Part shown: positions 20,785 to 30,193 of the stretch, one piece after another
Layout: each line of letters starts with the position of its first letter
Position numbering within the stretch: position 1 is the stretch's first letter
Origin: Thermoplasmata archaeon
Lineage (GTDB): Archaea; Thermoplasmatota; Thermoplasmata; UBA10834; DTMW01
Length of the DNA stretch: 64,000 bases
NCBI GenBank assembly: GCA_038852105.1
Contig: JAWCKK010000003.1
Location: 68,819 to 132,818 of the forward strand
Direction: 5' to 3'
Made by a program: the position numbers and the translations under genes
The notes under the pieces: generated by a model
What the model was told of the DNA's origin: nothing
Databases searched by the model: none
The model's input: the letters and a program-made list of their open reading frames with translations, nothing else

Positions 20785-21246
20785 TCACTTCAGCGGCAGG
20801 AACTTCGAGGACCTCGTCGCACCCACGCCAGGCCCTGAGTGCTTCTCGAATTTCCTCGTCAACGCGAACTCGCCCAACGCGTGACCAATCATCTCTGGCC
20901 TGATATCGACCTTGACGAATTCCTTCCCGTTATGCACTTCGACGGTCTTCCCGACGAACTCGGGCAGGATGAATATCTCCCGCCTGTGCGTCCTTACGGG
21001 CTCCTTTGCGGCCCTAAGCCTGTTCACAAAGACTTCCTGCTCGGGGTTCAATCCGCGAACATAGCTTCTCCTGGCTCTTGCAGGAAGTATCCCGAGAAGG
21101 TCCTGGAACGGCATCTTGAGCAGCTCTTCCAATGTGTGCCCTCTGTAAGTGAATTCCTTCTTCCTTCTCGCCTGAATCGCGCTCTTCCTCTTCCTCGCCT
21201 TCCTTCTGCTTGCCTTCGCGCTTCCTCCGAGCTTCTGGGGGCACAT
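20785..21246 (-). CDS. rps19: 30S ribosomal protein uS19
   Basis: [33 protein letters not shown]. Confidence 0.96.
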   Translation of the reverse strand: MCPQKLGGSAKASRRKARKRKSAIQARRKKEFTYRGHTLEELLKMPFQDLLGILPARARRSYVRGLNPEQEVFVNRLRAAKEPVRTHRREIFILPEFVGKTVEVHNGKEFVKVDIRPEMIGHALGEFALTRKFEKHSGPGVGATRSSKFLPLK

Positions 21247-21951
21247 CTAGCTCACCCTCCTCTTCTTCCTCTTGGGTGCAAGCCGGCCGACCTTCCTTCC
21301 AGGCGGGGTGTGTCTGCTCACGCTGCTCTGCGTCCCGACATGCGGGTGCGAACCTCCGCCGTGCGGGTGGTCTACCGGGTTCATGGCGATGCCGCTCACA
21401 TGGAAATATGCACCGCTCTTCGACTTGTAAGCATGAAACTTCTTGCCCGCCTTTCCCCAGGGCTTCTCGATATGCCCTCCGCCCGCGACTATCCCCACGG
21501 TCGCCTGGCAATCGGGGTGGATTTCCTTGAACCTTCCAGAAGGCAGAACTACGACGGTATATTCCCCATGGCTCACTATCGTGGCCGACTGGCCAGCCGT
21601 TCTTACGAGCTTCCCTCCGTCCCCGGGCGTTATTTCGATATTATACACTAATGTGCCTTCGGGTATCTTTCCGATGGGCAGGCAGTTGCCAGCCTCTATC
21701 GGGGCGTCCGGGCCGATCCGTATCTCTCTATTGACCTTGATGCCCTCAGGGGCAAGCATGTACGCCCTCTGAGAGCCGAAATTGACGAGCGCCAGCGGGG
21801 CGATCCTGCCTCTTTCCTTGACTATGTCCTCGACGATTCCGACCCCCTGCCTGATCCTCGGATATCTCGCGTCGGTGAATCTCATATGCGAGGGTGCAAG
21901 GTAATGGCCGAAGCCCTTTCCGCGCCTCTGTGTTCTCAACCGCTTTCCCAT
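21247..21951 (-). CDS. rpl2: 50S ribosomal protein uL2
   Basis: MGKRLRTQRRG, AMNPVDHPHGGG, PPGRKVG. Confidence 0.97.
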   Translation of the reverse strand: MGKRLRTQRRGKGFGHYLAPSHMRFTDARYPRIRQGVGIVEDIVKERGRIAPLALVNFGSQRAYMLAPEGIKVNREIRIGPDAPIEAGNCLPIGKIPEGTLVYNIEITPGDGGKLVRTAGQSATIVSHGEYTVVVLPSGRFKEIHPDCQATVGIVAGGGHIEKPWGKAGKKFHAYKSKSGAYFHVSGIAMNPVDHPHGGGSHPHVGTQSSVSRHTPPGRKVGRLAPKRKKRRVS

Positions 21952-21966
21952 GTTCCGACACCCTCC

Positions 21967-22251
21967 TCAGAATATGCCTATCCTCATGCCTATCTCCTCG
22001 GCACTGTAGCCCTCTGCGAGCTTCACTATCGCCCTCTTGCCGTGCTTGGTGTTCTTGATGTTGACCTTCTCGACCTTCGCCGCGAACCTGCGCTCGAACT
22101 CCTTTCGCACCTGGTCCTTCGTCGCATCTCTTCGGACAACGAACTCGAGCCTGTTCCCATCGGTCAGGTTCTGCGTCGGCGTCCCCGACATCAGGTTCAT
22201 CGTTTTCTCAGTCACGTAAGGATGAAGTATTACTCTTCTCACGATGCCCAC
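21967..22251 (-). CDS. rpl23: 50S ribosomal protein uL23
   Basis: PYVTEK, NRLEFVV, KRAIVKL; GTG start. Confidence 0.93.
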   Translation of the reverse strand: MGIVRRVILHPYVTEKTMNLMSGTPTQNLTDGNRLEFVVRRDATKDQVRKEFERRFAAKVEKVNIKNTKHGKRAIVKLAEGYSAEEIGMRIGIF

Positions 22252-23066
22252 CCCGCCAATCTATCGAGCGCCGCCTCGCTCATTATGGTCAATCTTCCCG
22301 CGAGTCCACCGGGAGCGAGCAGTTCGACATTAAGAGAATCGACACACGCGACATCCACGCCGGTCAGGTTTGAAAAGCTCTTGATTGCCGGGCACTTGCC
22401 TGAGCAGACGACCAGCAGGCTTTTCCTGACGCGATATTTCCTACCGCGCATCTTCCCCCTGCCAGCCCTTATGCGTTTCCCGTTCTCCGCTCTGGTCATC
22501 TCGTCGCCGAGTCCTACCTTTTCTAGGAGCGCGACGGCGTCCTTCGTCGTCTCTATCTTTTCAAGGTCATTCTCTAGAACGATGGGCACCGTTGCATCCT
22601 GAGGCAGCTTGTGGCCACGGGCAACGACTTTGTGGTAGTCAGCAATCGCCGCCAGTGCCGAGAGCCGTGCAAGTCTCATCTCCTTTCTGTTCATCTTCTT
22701 GCCGCGCTTCTCATCGACCCTCGGTGGGTGCGCCCGCCTGCCGCCTACATTGCCCGGAGACTGCGCGGCCGTAGAACTGCCCATCAGCCTCTGAACGCGG
22801 GACACGCCATGTCCCTTGCCCCACGTGGAAACAGAATGCCTCATACCCGCGCCGGGTTTGGGCGCGTACGGTTGCCTGCTGTTCGAGTTGATCGAGACGG
22901 ATGCGCGACTTATCAGGTCCGGTCTGTAATCCATCTCGAAGATCTTCGGTATATCTATCTGCTTCTTGACCGAGCCGTCGATTCCGTACACGTTCAGCTT
23001 CTTAGAAGGGGCCCTGGGAGCCTTTTTCACCTTCTTGCTGATTTTCTTTACTGGCATTCGGCTCAT
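22239..23066 (-). CDS. rpl4: 50S ribosomal protein uL4
   Basis: YRPDLI, WGKGHGVSRV, GGRRAHPP, LAPGG..GRLT. Confidence 0.96.
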   Translation of the reverse strand: MSRMPVKKISKKVKKAPRAPSKKLNVYGIDGSVKKQIDIPKIFEMDYRPDLISRASVSINSNSRQPYAPKPGAGMRHSVSTWGKGHGVSRVQRLMGSSTAAQSPGNVGGRRAHPPRVDEKRGKKMNRKEMRLARLSALAAIADYHKVVARGHKLPQDATVPIVLENDLEKIETTKDAVALLEKVGLGDEMTRAENGKRIRAGRGKMRGRKYRVRKSLLVVCSGKCPAIKSFSNLTGVDVACVDSLNVELLAPGGLAGRLTIMSEAALDRLAGWAS

Positions 23067-24064
23067 GCCCCCTGCTTCGATTCGAGCGATATGTATGTGA
23101 TTTCCGGCGGTTTCGAGAGCTTCTCCCCCGTCAACCTGACAGGTTCTCTCAGGCGCACGGTTCTTTTCGCGATACCGGGAATTGTGCCGTGAAGGATCAC
23201 GTAGTCGTTCTTCAGCACGCCATAGTTTACGAACCCGCCCTTCGGGGTCACCTCGGCGCCGTTCTGCCCGATCTTCAGAATCCTCTTGTTGTGCTCCGTC
23301 CGCTGGTGATATCCCATCTGACCCGCCTGAGGGACTGTCCATCTCACATAGCCCGGACGCTTCGGGCCAAGCGTGCCGATCATCCTGCGGTGCTTGCTAT
23401 TCTTGTGAGGGTTCATCTTGGGACCCCATCTCTTGGTGACTCCCTGGAATCCCTTGCCCTTAGTGACGGCAACGACGTCGACCATGACGCCCTCTTTAGC
23501 GAAATCGGTTATCCTAACCTCCTTTCCAAGAATCGATTTGGCGAACTGGATTCTGTCCGCGATGCTACCCCCGCCGATGCCTATCTCCATGATCTCGGGA
23601 TTCTTTGAAGGAACGCCCGAAACCTTCACCGGTTGCGTGTGCGCTATGACGCGCACATCGTCAAAATCAGTCCCATCCAATTTCTTCTCGGTCGCCTCTC
23701 TCTCCTTCTTCTCAGGAATCGGGAGCCTCCTTGCGAGCTCCTCATCAAGCTTGTCCGCCCAAATCTCACCGGCGGTCTTCATCCCATAGGGACTCTCGCG
23801 ATAGAGCCTTATCGCGCAGACCTTCATCGGCGGCACTTCGAGCACTGTTACGGGGACCTGCACTTCCTGACCCGAGGTCGTGCTTTGAGACCTATAGTCT
23901 ATCATCATGACATGCGTCATTCCGGCCTTATAGCCCGCGAAACCGAGGAGGCGCGGAGACCCGTCTACCTGAGGCCAGCTGGAAATCCTGGCTAACGGGC
24001 TTTTTGCCCTCTTCCTGGGCGAGTATGCGATCGAACCCGCCCTTGGATGTCGTCTCTGTGCCAT
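23063..24064 (-). CDS. rpl3: 50S ribosomal protein uL3
   Basis: GYKAGMTH, TKGKGFQG..KRWG, GQMGYHQRTE, PKGGF. Confidence 0.97.
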   Translation of the reverse strand: MAQRRHPRAGSIAYSPRKRAKSPLARISSWPQVDGSPRLLGFAGYKAGMTHVMMIDYRSQSTTSGQEVQVPVTVLEVPPMKVCAIRLYRESPYGMKTAGEIWADKLDEELARRLPIPEKKEREATEKKLDGTDFDDVRVIAHTQPVKVSGVPSKNPEIMEIGIGGGSIADRIQFAKSILGKEVRITDFAKEGVMVDVVAVTKGKGFQGVTKRWGPKMNPHKNSKHRRMIGTLGPKRPGYVRWTVPQAGQMGYHQRTEHNKRILKIGQNGAEVTPKGGFVNYGVLKNDYVILHGTIPGIAKRTVRLREPVRLTGEKLSKPPEITYISLESKQGA

Positions 24065-24250
24065 TCGAACACTTCTCCCTCAGAGTGCGAGATGACTAGC
24101 ACTGCTCTCGATGAGCTCCGCAAAGCCGCAGAGGTCTATCGTGCATCGACCGTGACGCGGTTTCCGCACATACAAGCTCTTACCGCGTGCGAATATTGGG
24201 ATGCCAGTCGCATTGCCCAGAGCGTCTGGTCGATCTCTCCTCTGATTTCA
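24065..24250 (-). promoter_or_regulatory. Candidate structured 5' leader (r-leader) of the rpl3 operon
   Basis: Nested complementary segments 24129-34/24239-44, 24145-51/24228-34 and 24154-58/24222-26, plus inner hairpins. Confidence 0.55.
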
Positions 24251-24274
24251 GATGACCACTGGTAACAGCTGGTA

Positions 24275-24283
24275 ATATATAAA
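24275..24283 (-). promoter_or_regulatory. Putative TATA box of the rpl3 operon
   Basis: TTTATATA on the minus strand, ~210 nt upstream of the rpl3 start. Confidence 0.55.
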
Positions 24284-24396
24284 GCTATTCGAGATTGTCA
24301 AACGCATGCCAGTCGTGCGGAAAACGGGAGCATTGATATGCCAATTATTGCATATGCGGTTCCGAAATGGCGAAACACGGATCCAAAAGAAAATCA

Positions 24397-24843
24397 ATGC
24401 GCTTTGAAGAAATCGACTGGGATGACGAAGCGCGGAAGAATGTCCAAGCGTTCTGCGAGGAGGCCGGTCTGCCAGCATCGAGCACACCTTGGGGGAAAGT
24501 CGTCAAGATATTCGTGCTCAGAGGCTCAGATGGTCAGATTGAAGCGAGCGCGAGAATCGAGATGATATACGGTCGGCCGTTCGTCGAGAGCGTTGCCGTT
24601 CGGTCAGATTTGCGCGGTCGGGGACTCGGGAGGGAAATAGTCAATCATGTTCTGACAAAGGCGAAAGGGCTCGGATACGACAAAATATGGGCGATAGCAA
24701 GAGTTCCGGAATTCTATGAACGGCTCGGATTCGTGAAAGAGACGGATGAAGAACTGACGACTCGCCAGAAGAAGGATTGTCTGAGCTGCGAACAATATCT
24801 AAAGGAATGTCACCCATTGCTGATGAGGAAGGATATCATCTAA
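24397..24843 (+). CDS. GNAT N-acetyltransferase (short ArgA-like, C-terminal CxxC)
   Basis: VAVRSDLRGRGLG acetyl-CoA motif, FYERLGF. Confidence 0.85.
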   Translation: MRFEEIDWDDEARKNVQAFCEEAGLPASSTPWGKVVKIFVLRGSDGQIEASARIEMIYGRPFVESVAVRSDLRGRGLGREIVNHVLTKAKGLGYDKIWAIARVPEFYERLGFVKETDEELTTRQKKDCLSCEQYLKECHPLLMRKDII

Positions 24844-24847
24844 ATTG

Positions 24848-25183
24848 CTAAAGCTCCCCTTCCTTAGCCTTCTTCTGCAATCTTTTCGACCGCTCCTTTG
24901 CGGTGAATCCAGTCGCGGCCTCGAGGAATGCATTGTACTTCTTGATGGTCTCGCTTGCAACCCTCTCATCGACTTTGGGGTTCATGGTCGTCTCGACGAG
25001 GAGGGTCTTCTTGTCCTTGATCTTGATGTACAATCGAGCGAGCGCCCCGAAGCTCGTCTCATACGACCCATCCTCCTTCTTATCGAACTTGCCAAAGACT
25101 TCCTTGAGTATGTTCTCGATCTTGCCACCATCAATTTCGGGGAAATGCCCCCGCCGAATCTCGTACTCCTGCAAACCGTTCAC
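24848..25183 (-). CDS. Conserved archaeal protein (DUF5611-like)
   Basis: YEIRRG...SFGAL...YNAFLEAATGFTAKER.K pattern. Confidence 0.7.
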   Translation of the reverse strand: MNGLQEYEIRRGHFPEIDGGKIENILKEVFGKFDKKEDGSYETSFGALARLYIKIKDKKTLLVETTMNPKVDERVASETIKKYNAFLEAATGFTAKERSKRLQKKAKEGEL

Positions 25184-25203
25184 CTTCTAAGAGAGGAGTA
25201 TCC

Positions 25204-26199
25204 TCATCGCAAGAAATATCTTTCCAAATCAGTCGTCGCGACTGAGAATTCCTCGATTTCGAGATATTTCTCCCATCTGCTCCTACATTCGCACTCGAGC
25301 GTTCCAAGATTTTTTCTATCCTGAGTCAAATTAAATCCTTCGATTGCCTGGACGAAATCCCGGTCGCATTTAGAGCAGTTATGAGCACCTCGCTCGGAGC
25401 CAGCAGCGACAGTGCTCGCAATCAAGAGTGAGTCCTCAGGTTTGGAGTTGCCGAGTATCTCCACCACGCTCCATAGCCAGGGCGGCCTGTATGACCATGA
25501 TCTCCACATCTGCTCAACCCTTGTCCCTCGCTGGACGTTCACGGGGTTGATGCTTATCACTTTCGAGATGTCGGAGACCTTCGTCATAGACGACTTCACG
25601 TCCGCTATCGCTTCTATTTCTGTGAGGTAGGGTGGTTTGAGGAGCAGATACGTGCGTATATCCGCCCCTGCCTTCTTGCCTTCGGTCGCCGCGCGCAGAT
25701 AGTCGGAGAACGAGAACCCCTTTCTGATAGCATGTTCCAAGACCTTGTCATTGGCGCTCTCAAGGCCAAGCGCGAGTTCTATTTCTGGACAGAGTTCCTT
25801 GCATTCTGCGATGACTTCTGCACTCACGAACTCAGGCCTGCTCTCGAACAGCAACTTCGCGCCGCTTCTTCCGACAACATCCAAAATATGCTTCCTTGCA
25901 TCAGAGGGGACCTCGTTTTCGTCCAAGAAGCTGCCAGATGTATATATCTTAATCATTGAGTGCGCATCGAACATCCTCCAAGCGTTGTCGAACTGTCTCG
26001 CGATGCTCTCCGATGATGTCTCTTTGCGGGGCGACTTGTAATTGTAGCCGCACATGGAGCATCCGCCTGAGCTCCTCCACCACGAGCATCCCGACGTGGA
26101 CAGAATTATTGTCAGGCATCTCGCCCTCTTGCCATCCAGTAGCTCTTCCTCGGTCCATGCGGAAAACGGCTCGGTCGCTTCTTTCTTATTCACGCACAT
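25204..26199 (-). CDS. Archaeosine biosynthesis radical SAM protein RaSEA (TIGR01210-like)
   Basis: GCSW...GGCSMCGY, KIYTSGSFLD, ESRPEF, YLLLKPP, YRPPWLWS, RGAHNC; start uncertain. Confidence 0.88.
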   Translation of the reverse strand: MCVNKKEATEPFSAWTEEELLDGKRARCLTIILSTSGCSWWRSSGGCSMCGYNYKSPRKETSSESIARQFDNAWRMFDAHSMIKIYTSGSFLDENEVPSDARKHILDVVGRSGAKLLFESRPEFVSAEVIAECKELCPEIELALGLESANDKVLEHAIRKGFSFSDYLRAATEGKKAGADIRTYLLLKPPYLTEIEAIADVKSSMTKVSDISKVISINPVNVQRGTRVEQMWRSWSYRPPWLWSVVEILGNSKPEDSLLIASTVAAGSERGAHNCSKCDRDFVQAIEGFNLTQDRKNLGTLECECRSRWEKYLEIEEFSVATTDLERYFLR

Positions 26200-26285
26200 T
26201 CCAGGAGAATCAAAGAAGATATACATTATCCATCTTTCGGTCGCTGTCGCCAAGCTTTTCTACTCTGTCAATTATGCGTGGGACG

Positions 26286-27338
26286 ATGGAAACCGAGGAA
26301 GCCGTACGCCTGATACTGAAGGACATCTCCGAGGTCATAACAGAGGACGAACTCAGAAAGGTCGTATCCGAGAAGCAGCATCCGTTGGGATATATCGGAT
26401 TCGAGCCGAGCGGGATGCTTCACATAGGTCAGGCCATCAACATTCTGAAGGTCGTCGAGATGACTCGGGCCGGCATGGATTTCATCATTTTCCTTGCGGA
26501 CTGGCACGCGAAGATCAACGACAAGCTCGATGGCGATCTGGAAAAGATACGCATCTGCGGCGAGTACATGAGGCATTGCTTCCTCGGATTCGGAGTCGAT
26601 CCCGAGAGGACGAGGTTCCTGTATGCCAGCGACATCGTGGACAGCTCGGATTACTGGGAGAAGTTCATCCACATCTCGAAGGCGAGCTCTCTATCGCGGA
26701 TCAGGCGTGCGATGACAATCATGGGCAGAGACGAGGACGAGGCGGAGCTTGACTTCTCGAAGCTGATATATCCGCCCATGCAGGTGGCGGACATCTTCGC
26801 ATTGGGGGTCGATGTGGCCTACGGAGGTATGGACCAAAGACATGCGCATATGCTCGCGAGGGACGTCGCTGACAAGTTGGGCTGGAAGAAGCCGATAGCA
26901 TTGCATTCCTGGCTCCTCCCCAGCCTTTCTGGAAGCGGTAGGATGGATTCCGCGCAGAAGAAGATGTCGAAGAGCGACCCGCGAACCAACATCACCGTGA
27001 ACGACTCCGTCGAGGCGATAAGCGAAAAGATTTCCTTGGCCTTCTGTCCTCCGAACGATGTCGAGGATAATCCCGTTCTGGCCATTGCAGAAAGGCTGAT
27101 TTTTCCGGCTAAAGGAAAATTCTCCCTTCTAAGGCCGGAGAAATTCGGAGGGGATGTCGAGTTTAGCCAGTATCGCGATCTCTGCGATTCTTACACCGCT
27201 GGCAAGATACATCCAAAGGACCTGAAAGAGAATGTCGCGCGGGAATTGACGGCTCTCCTTGAGCCTGTCAGAAAGCATTTCGAGAAGAACCCCGCTCCTC
27301 TGCGGAAGATGCTTGAGCTAGTGCCGGGGCGGCAGTAG
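26286..27338 (+). CDS. tyrS: Tyrosine--tRNA ligase
   Basis: YIGFEPSG.LHIG, YPPMQVAD, GGMDQR, KMSKS. Confidence 0.96.
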   Translation: METEEAVRLILKDISEVITEDELRKVVSEKQHPLGYIGFEPSGMLHIGQAINILKVVEMTRAGMDFIIFLADWHAKINDKLDGDLEKIRICGEYMRHCFLGFGVDPERTRFLYASDIVDSSDYWEKFIHISKASSLSRIRRAMTIMGRDEDEAELDFSKLIYPPMQVADIFALGVDVAYGGMDQRHAHMLARDVADKLGWKKPIALHSWLLPSLSGSGRMDSAQKKMSKSDPRTNITVNDSVEAISEKISLAFCPPNDVEDNPVLAIAERLIFPAKGKFSLLRPEKFGGDVEFSQYRDLCDSYTAGKIHPKDLKENVARELTALLEPVRKHFEKNPAPLRKMLELVPGRQ

Positions 27339-28277
27339 AGACTTGATGGCCTTTTTGGACTTCGCCACGCAGAGATCCAGCATCTGCTTCACATCTCCCT
27401 TGCCGCTCAGGCCCGCAGCGGCCGGGTGTCCCCCGCCTCCGTTCGATGTCTCCTTGCCTATCCCCTCCAGCAGTTTTCCCAGGTGAATCCCCATCTCAAT
27501 CATCTGAGGGCTTGCTCTCGCGCTTATTCTGAACTCATCTCCTCGTTGCGACCCGACGAACGCGATATCCGCTCCCATTTGAATGAGAGATTTGCTCACG
27601 GAAGCCTCGTACGCGGAACCGAAGCTGGTCGCGATAATGAACTGTTCCACGCGCGTGTATTTCAATCTCTGCGCTCCCTTGAGCTGCGAGATTTTCTCCG
27701 ATAAATCCATTTCGCCCTCGATGAGCTCTATCGGCTCGCGCATTCCTATGTCGTGCTGAGACATGATCTCTGAGAACGTCAGCAAAGTCTCGCGGTTGCC
27801 GTACCTGAAATGGCCGGAATCGGTCAATATGCCAACCAGTAGGGCCAATGCGGCGTTCCGGGGAATCCGCTTCTCTGCCACCTTCACAAGCTCGTATGCT
27901 ATCTCGCAGCAGGAGCTCTTCTTATCGTCGCAATAATACTGTCTCGATTTCCAGTTCTGGTTCCTGCTGTGATGGTCTATCACGATGACGTTCTCGTCAT
28001 CGCCCAGATATCTCAAATCGCCGAGTTGCTCGGGCCCGGAAGTGTCCAATACGACCAATTGATCGAAATCGTCCTTTTCGAGCGTTTCCTCGAATTCGAT
28101 GCCCAGCGATTCCGCGATGACCTTGCTCATCCTGTCGATTCCGCCCGGGGCAATTATTCTCCCGGAGAACGCTTGGCATAAAGCGTAAGCGCTTGCGAGC
28201 GCGTCAGGGTCGGCGTTCCCGTGGACTATGAACGCGTTCCGTCCCTGTCCGAGCATCTTCGCCAGGTTCTGCTTCAC
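27318..28277 (-). CDS. DHH/DHHA1 phosphoesterase (NrnA-like)
   Basis: HGNADPDA, IDHH, DSGHF, GGGHPAAAG; typical end of the exosome superoperon. Confidence 0.9.
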   Translation of the reverse strand: MKQNLAKMLGQGRNAFIVHGNADPDALASAYALCQAFSGRIIAPGGIDRMSKVIAESLGIEFEETLEKDDFDQLVVLDTSGPEQLGDLRYLGDDENVIVIDHHSRNQNWKSRQYYCDDKKSSCCEIAYELVKVAEKRIPRNAALALLVGILTDSGHFRYGNRETLLTFSEIMSQHDIGMREPIELIEGEMDLSEKISQLKGAQRLKYTRVEQFIIATSFGSAYEASVSKSLIQMGADIAFVGSQRGDEFRISARASPQMIEMGIHLGKLLEGIGKETSNGGGGHPAAAGLSGKGDVKQMLDLCVAKSKKAIKSLLPPRH

Positions 28278-28351
28278 GGAACCGAAAAACTCCTAGGGGT
28301 ATTTGCGATTTCTTATCCGAATTTGCAGAACAGCACAAATATCAGCCAATA

Positions 28352-28726
28352 TCAGCCGGCTGAAGGCTCCTCCTTCTCGGAGACACCGCCAAGTTCCTCC
28401 TGTATCTGCTTCTGTAGCGACGCGTGTCTCTCCCTCAGCTGCTTCTCCTGTCTCTCGAAACTGCTCGCGCGGACATCTATGGTCTCCTTCTGCTCCTTGA
28501 GCTCTGCCAGCAATGCGCCCTTGTCCTTCGCCTGTATGAGAAGGTTGCCGGCGCTCCTGTAGATTATCGCGTCCTCCTTGCTGTTCTCGAGCTCCTGAAT
28601 CGCCCTCTCGAGCTCCTTCGACTGCACCTCGAAAGCGTATCTCTGGGTCGCGAACGTCTGTATCCGCTGTGCCAGCTCCTGGTACTGTGCTATCATGTTC
28701 TGCAATTTCGGCGATATGTTCTCCAT
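28352..28726 (-). CDS. pfdB: Prefoldin subunit beta
   Basis: Coiled coils flanking IYRSAGNLLI; conserved position. Confidence 0.92.
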   Translation of the reverse strand: MENISPKLQNMIAQYQELAQRIQTFATQRYAFEVQSKELERAIQELENSKEDAIIYRSAGNLLIQAKDKGALLAELKEQKETIDVRASSFERQEKQLRERHASLQKQIQEELGGVSEKEEPSAG

Positions 28727-28729
28727 CGT

Positions 28730-28919
28730 CTAACCACCAATCCTATCGACTATTGTGACGGCCATATCCATCCATCTGAGATACGAGTTTATCGCAGCGC
28801 GCAGGCCGTTGATGTCGCTGCTGTCTATAGCAATTGTGACCTTATCATTCTGTCGGGAGACTCGTAGACTCGATTATTGCGGCCTTGGGGTGCTCGATGG
28901 TAATCTCCGCTCTGTGCAT
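28730..28919 (-). pseudogene. pcc1: KEOPS subunit Pcc1, frameshifted with an apparent internal deletion
   Basis: MHRAEITIEHPKAAIIES is in one frame and RVSRQNDKVTIAIDSSDINGLRAAINSYLRWMDMAVTIVDRIGG* in another; lies between rpoP and pfdB. Confidence 0.75.
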
Positions 28920-28930
28920 CTTGAGACCTG

Positions 28931-29065
28931 CTATCGCGCCTTGACGAGCTTGGTTGTGTTCGGCCTCTCCTTGTAGAATATCTTCGAGCCGCACCGCTCG
29001 CACTGAAAGCTGACGCTGTTGAGGCTGGCCTTCATCGGCTCCTTGCATTTCCAGCACCTGTACAT
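28931..29065 (-). CDS. rpoP: RNA polymerase subunit P (Rpo12); not in the ORF track
   Basis: MYRCWKCKEPMKASLNSVSFQCERCGSKIFYKERPNTTKLVKAR. Confidence 0.92.
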   Translation of the reverse strand: MYRCWKCKEPMKASLNSVSFQCERCGSKIFYKERPNTTKLVKAR

Positions 29066-29066
29066 C

Positions 29067-29405
29067 CTACTCGTCCTCCTCCTTGTCCGCTCCCGGGGCA
29101 TGCCCAGTTGCGACCTCCGCGAGTTCCTCAGGGGTCAGCTTCTGCTCCTCCAATACGATGGCGACCTCCTTTCGGATCGCCCTCGGGGGCGATAGCGTGT
29201 ACGCTGAACTCGCTATCTTCGCGCCACATTTCCGGCATACCCAGATTCCGGTCGCCTTCCGTCTGACCGATCGCGACTTGCATTCCGGACACGTGTGCCT
29301 TCTCTTGAGGTCGAGCTCGACTTCCCTGATCCTCCTTCTCACCGTGACTCCGTATCTCGGTCCGAACCTTCCCGTCGGGCCCACCTTCACTGTCTTCTTG
29401 GTCAA
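29067..29405 (-). CDS. rpl37ae: 50S ribosomal protein eL43 (L37Ae) with acidic tail
   Basis: KVGPTGRFGPRYG, CPEC, GIWVCRKC; TTG start. Confidence 0.93.
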   Translation of the reverse strand: MTKKTVKVGPTGRFGPRYGVTVRRRIREVELDLKRRHTCPECKSRSVRRKATGIWVCRKCGAKIASSAYTLSPPRAIRKEVAIVLEEQKLTPEELAEVATGHAPGADKEEDE

Positions 29406-29407
29406 TC

Positions 29408-30193
29408 TCAGTCGCCTCCTGAGAAGTGCTCGCTTCTCACCTTTTCCCCCCACTTGAGGGAGAGGTTTATTGCCTTTTCGACCTCCGGTCTTGTGAAGCT
29501 CCCGCCAAGACCCTTTTGCATGGCGCAGAGCTTTCCGTTCTCGAGCGTCACCACTGTCAACCTTGCACTTGCAACGCTCTCTTCATCGAAGGTCGGGTCG
29601 GCTATCAAGTGTCCGTTTATCTTTGCGAATGTTGCCGAGATTGGAAGATGAACCATCGGGAATGGGAAATCCTCTCCCTTTTCCATGCGCGATGCCGGAA
29701 TCGTCGTTGACCGAAGGGCAGCAACGGCGGCGATGTTCGCCGCGTCGAAAAGATTACCATCATAATCGAGGGCATGGATGTCGACGAAATTGATCCAAAC
29801 TTCCTCTCCGGGCTTTATGCAGAGCTTCTCCAGATCGACCGCTTTCCCCTCCCGAAGCCCTCTGTCGACCACCCTGGCTATCTCGATGGATTCCTCTCCC
29901 GGCGGCCCGGATTCGAACGTCTCGCTGGCCAGAGGTATGAGCTCCGCATTTGTCGTGAGGACTCCCTTATCGGGCGTGTCAGGGAATGGCTCTCCGATGA
30001 TGCATTTCACTCCAACGAGGACCTTCGTGTCCCCGAGGCTGACAAGAGCCGAGCCCTCTGCGCTGCTGACATATCCTGTGGTAATCGTGAGCGGTCTGAA
30101 TTCCTCTCTTGACCTGCCATCCGCCCTTTCGTCCCTGCTGACTAATCTGGAGATATGGTCTCGCATGATATCAGAAAGCGGGTTCGTCGCCAT
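29408..30193 (-). CDS. rrp42: Exosome subunit Rrp42
   Basis: RADGR, AEGSA, FESGPP, RVVDRGLRE, DGNLFDA. Confidence 0.96.
   Translation of the reverse strand: MATNPLSDIMRDHISRLVSRDERADGRSREEFRPLTITTGYVSSAEGSALVSLGDTKVLVGVKCIIGEPFPDTPDKGVLTTNAELIPLASETFESGPPGEESIEIARVVDRGLREGKAVDLEKLCIKPGEEVWINFVDIHALDYDGNLFDAANIAAVAALRSTTIPASRMEKGEDFPFPMVHLPISATFAKINGHLIADPTFDEESVASARLTVVTLENGKLCAMQKGLGGSFTRPEVEKAINLSLKWGEKVRSEHFSGGD

Noticed and set aside
11700..24064. Many long plus-strand ORFs opposite ribosomal genes
   Set aside because: Antisense shadows of well-conserved genes, with no motifs
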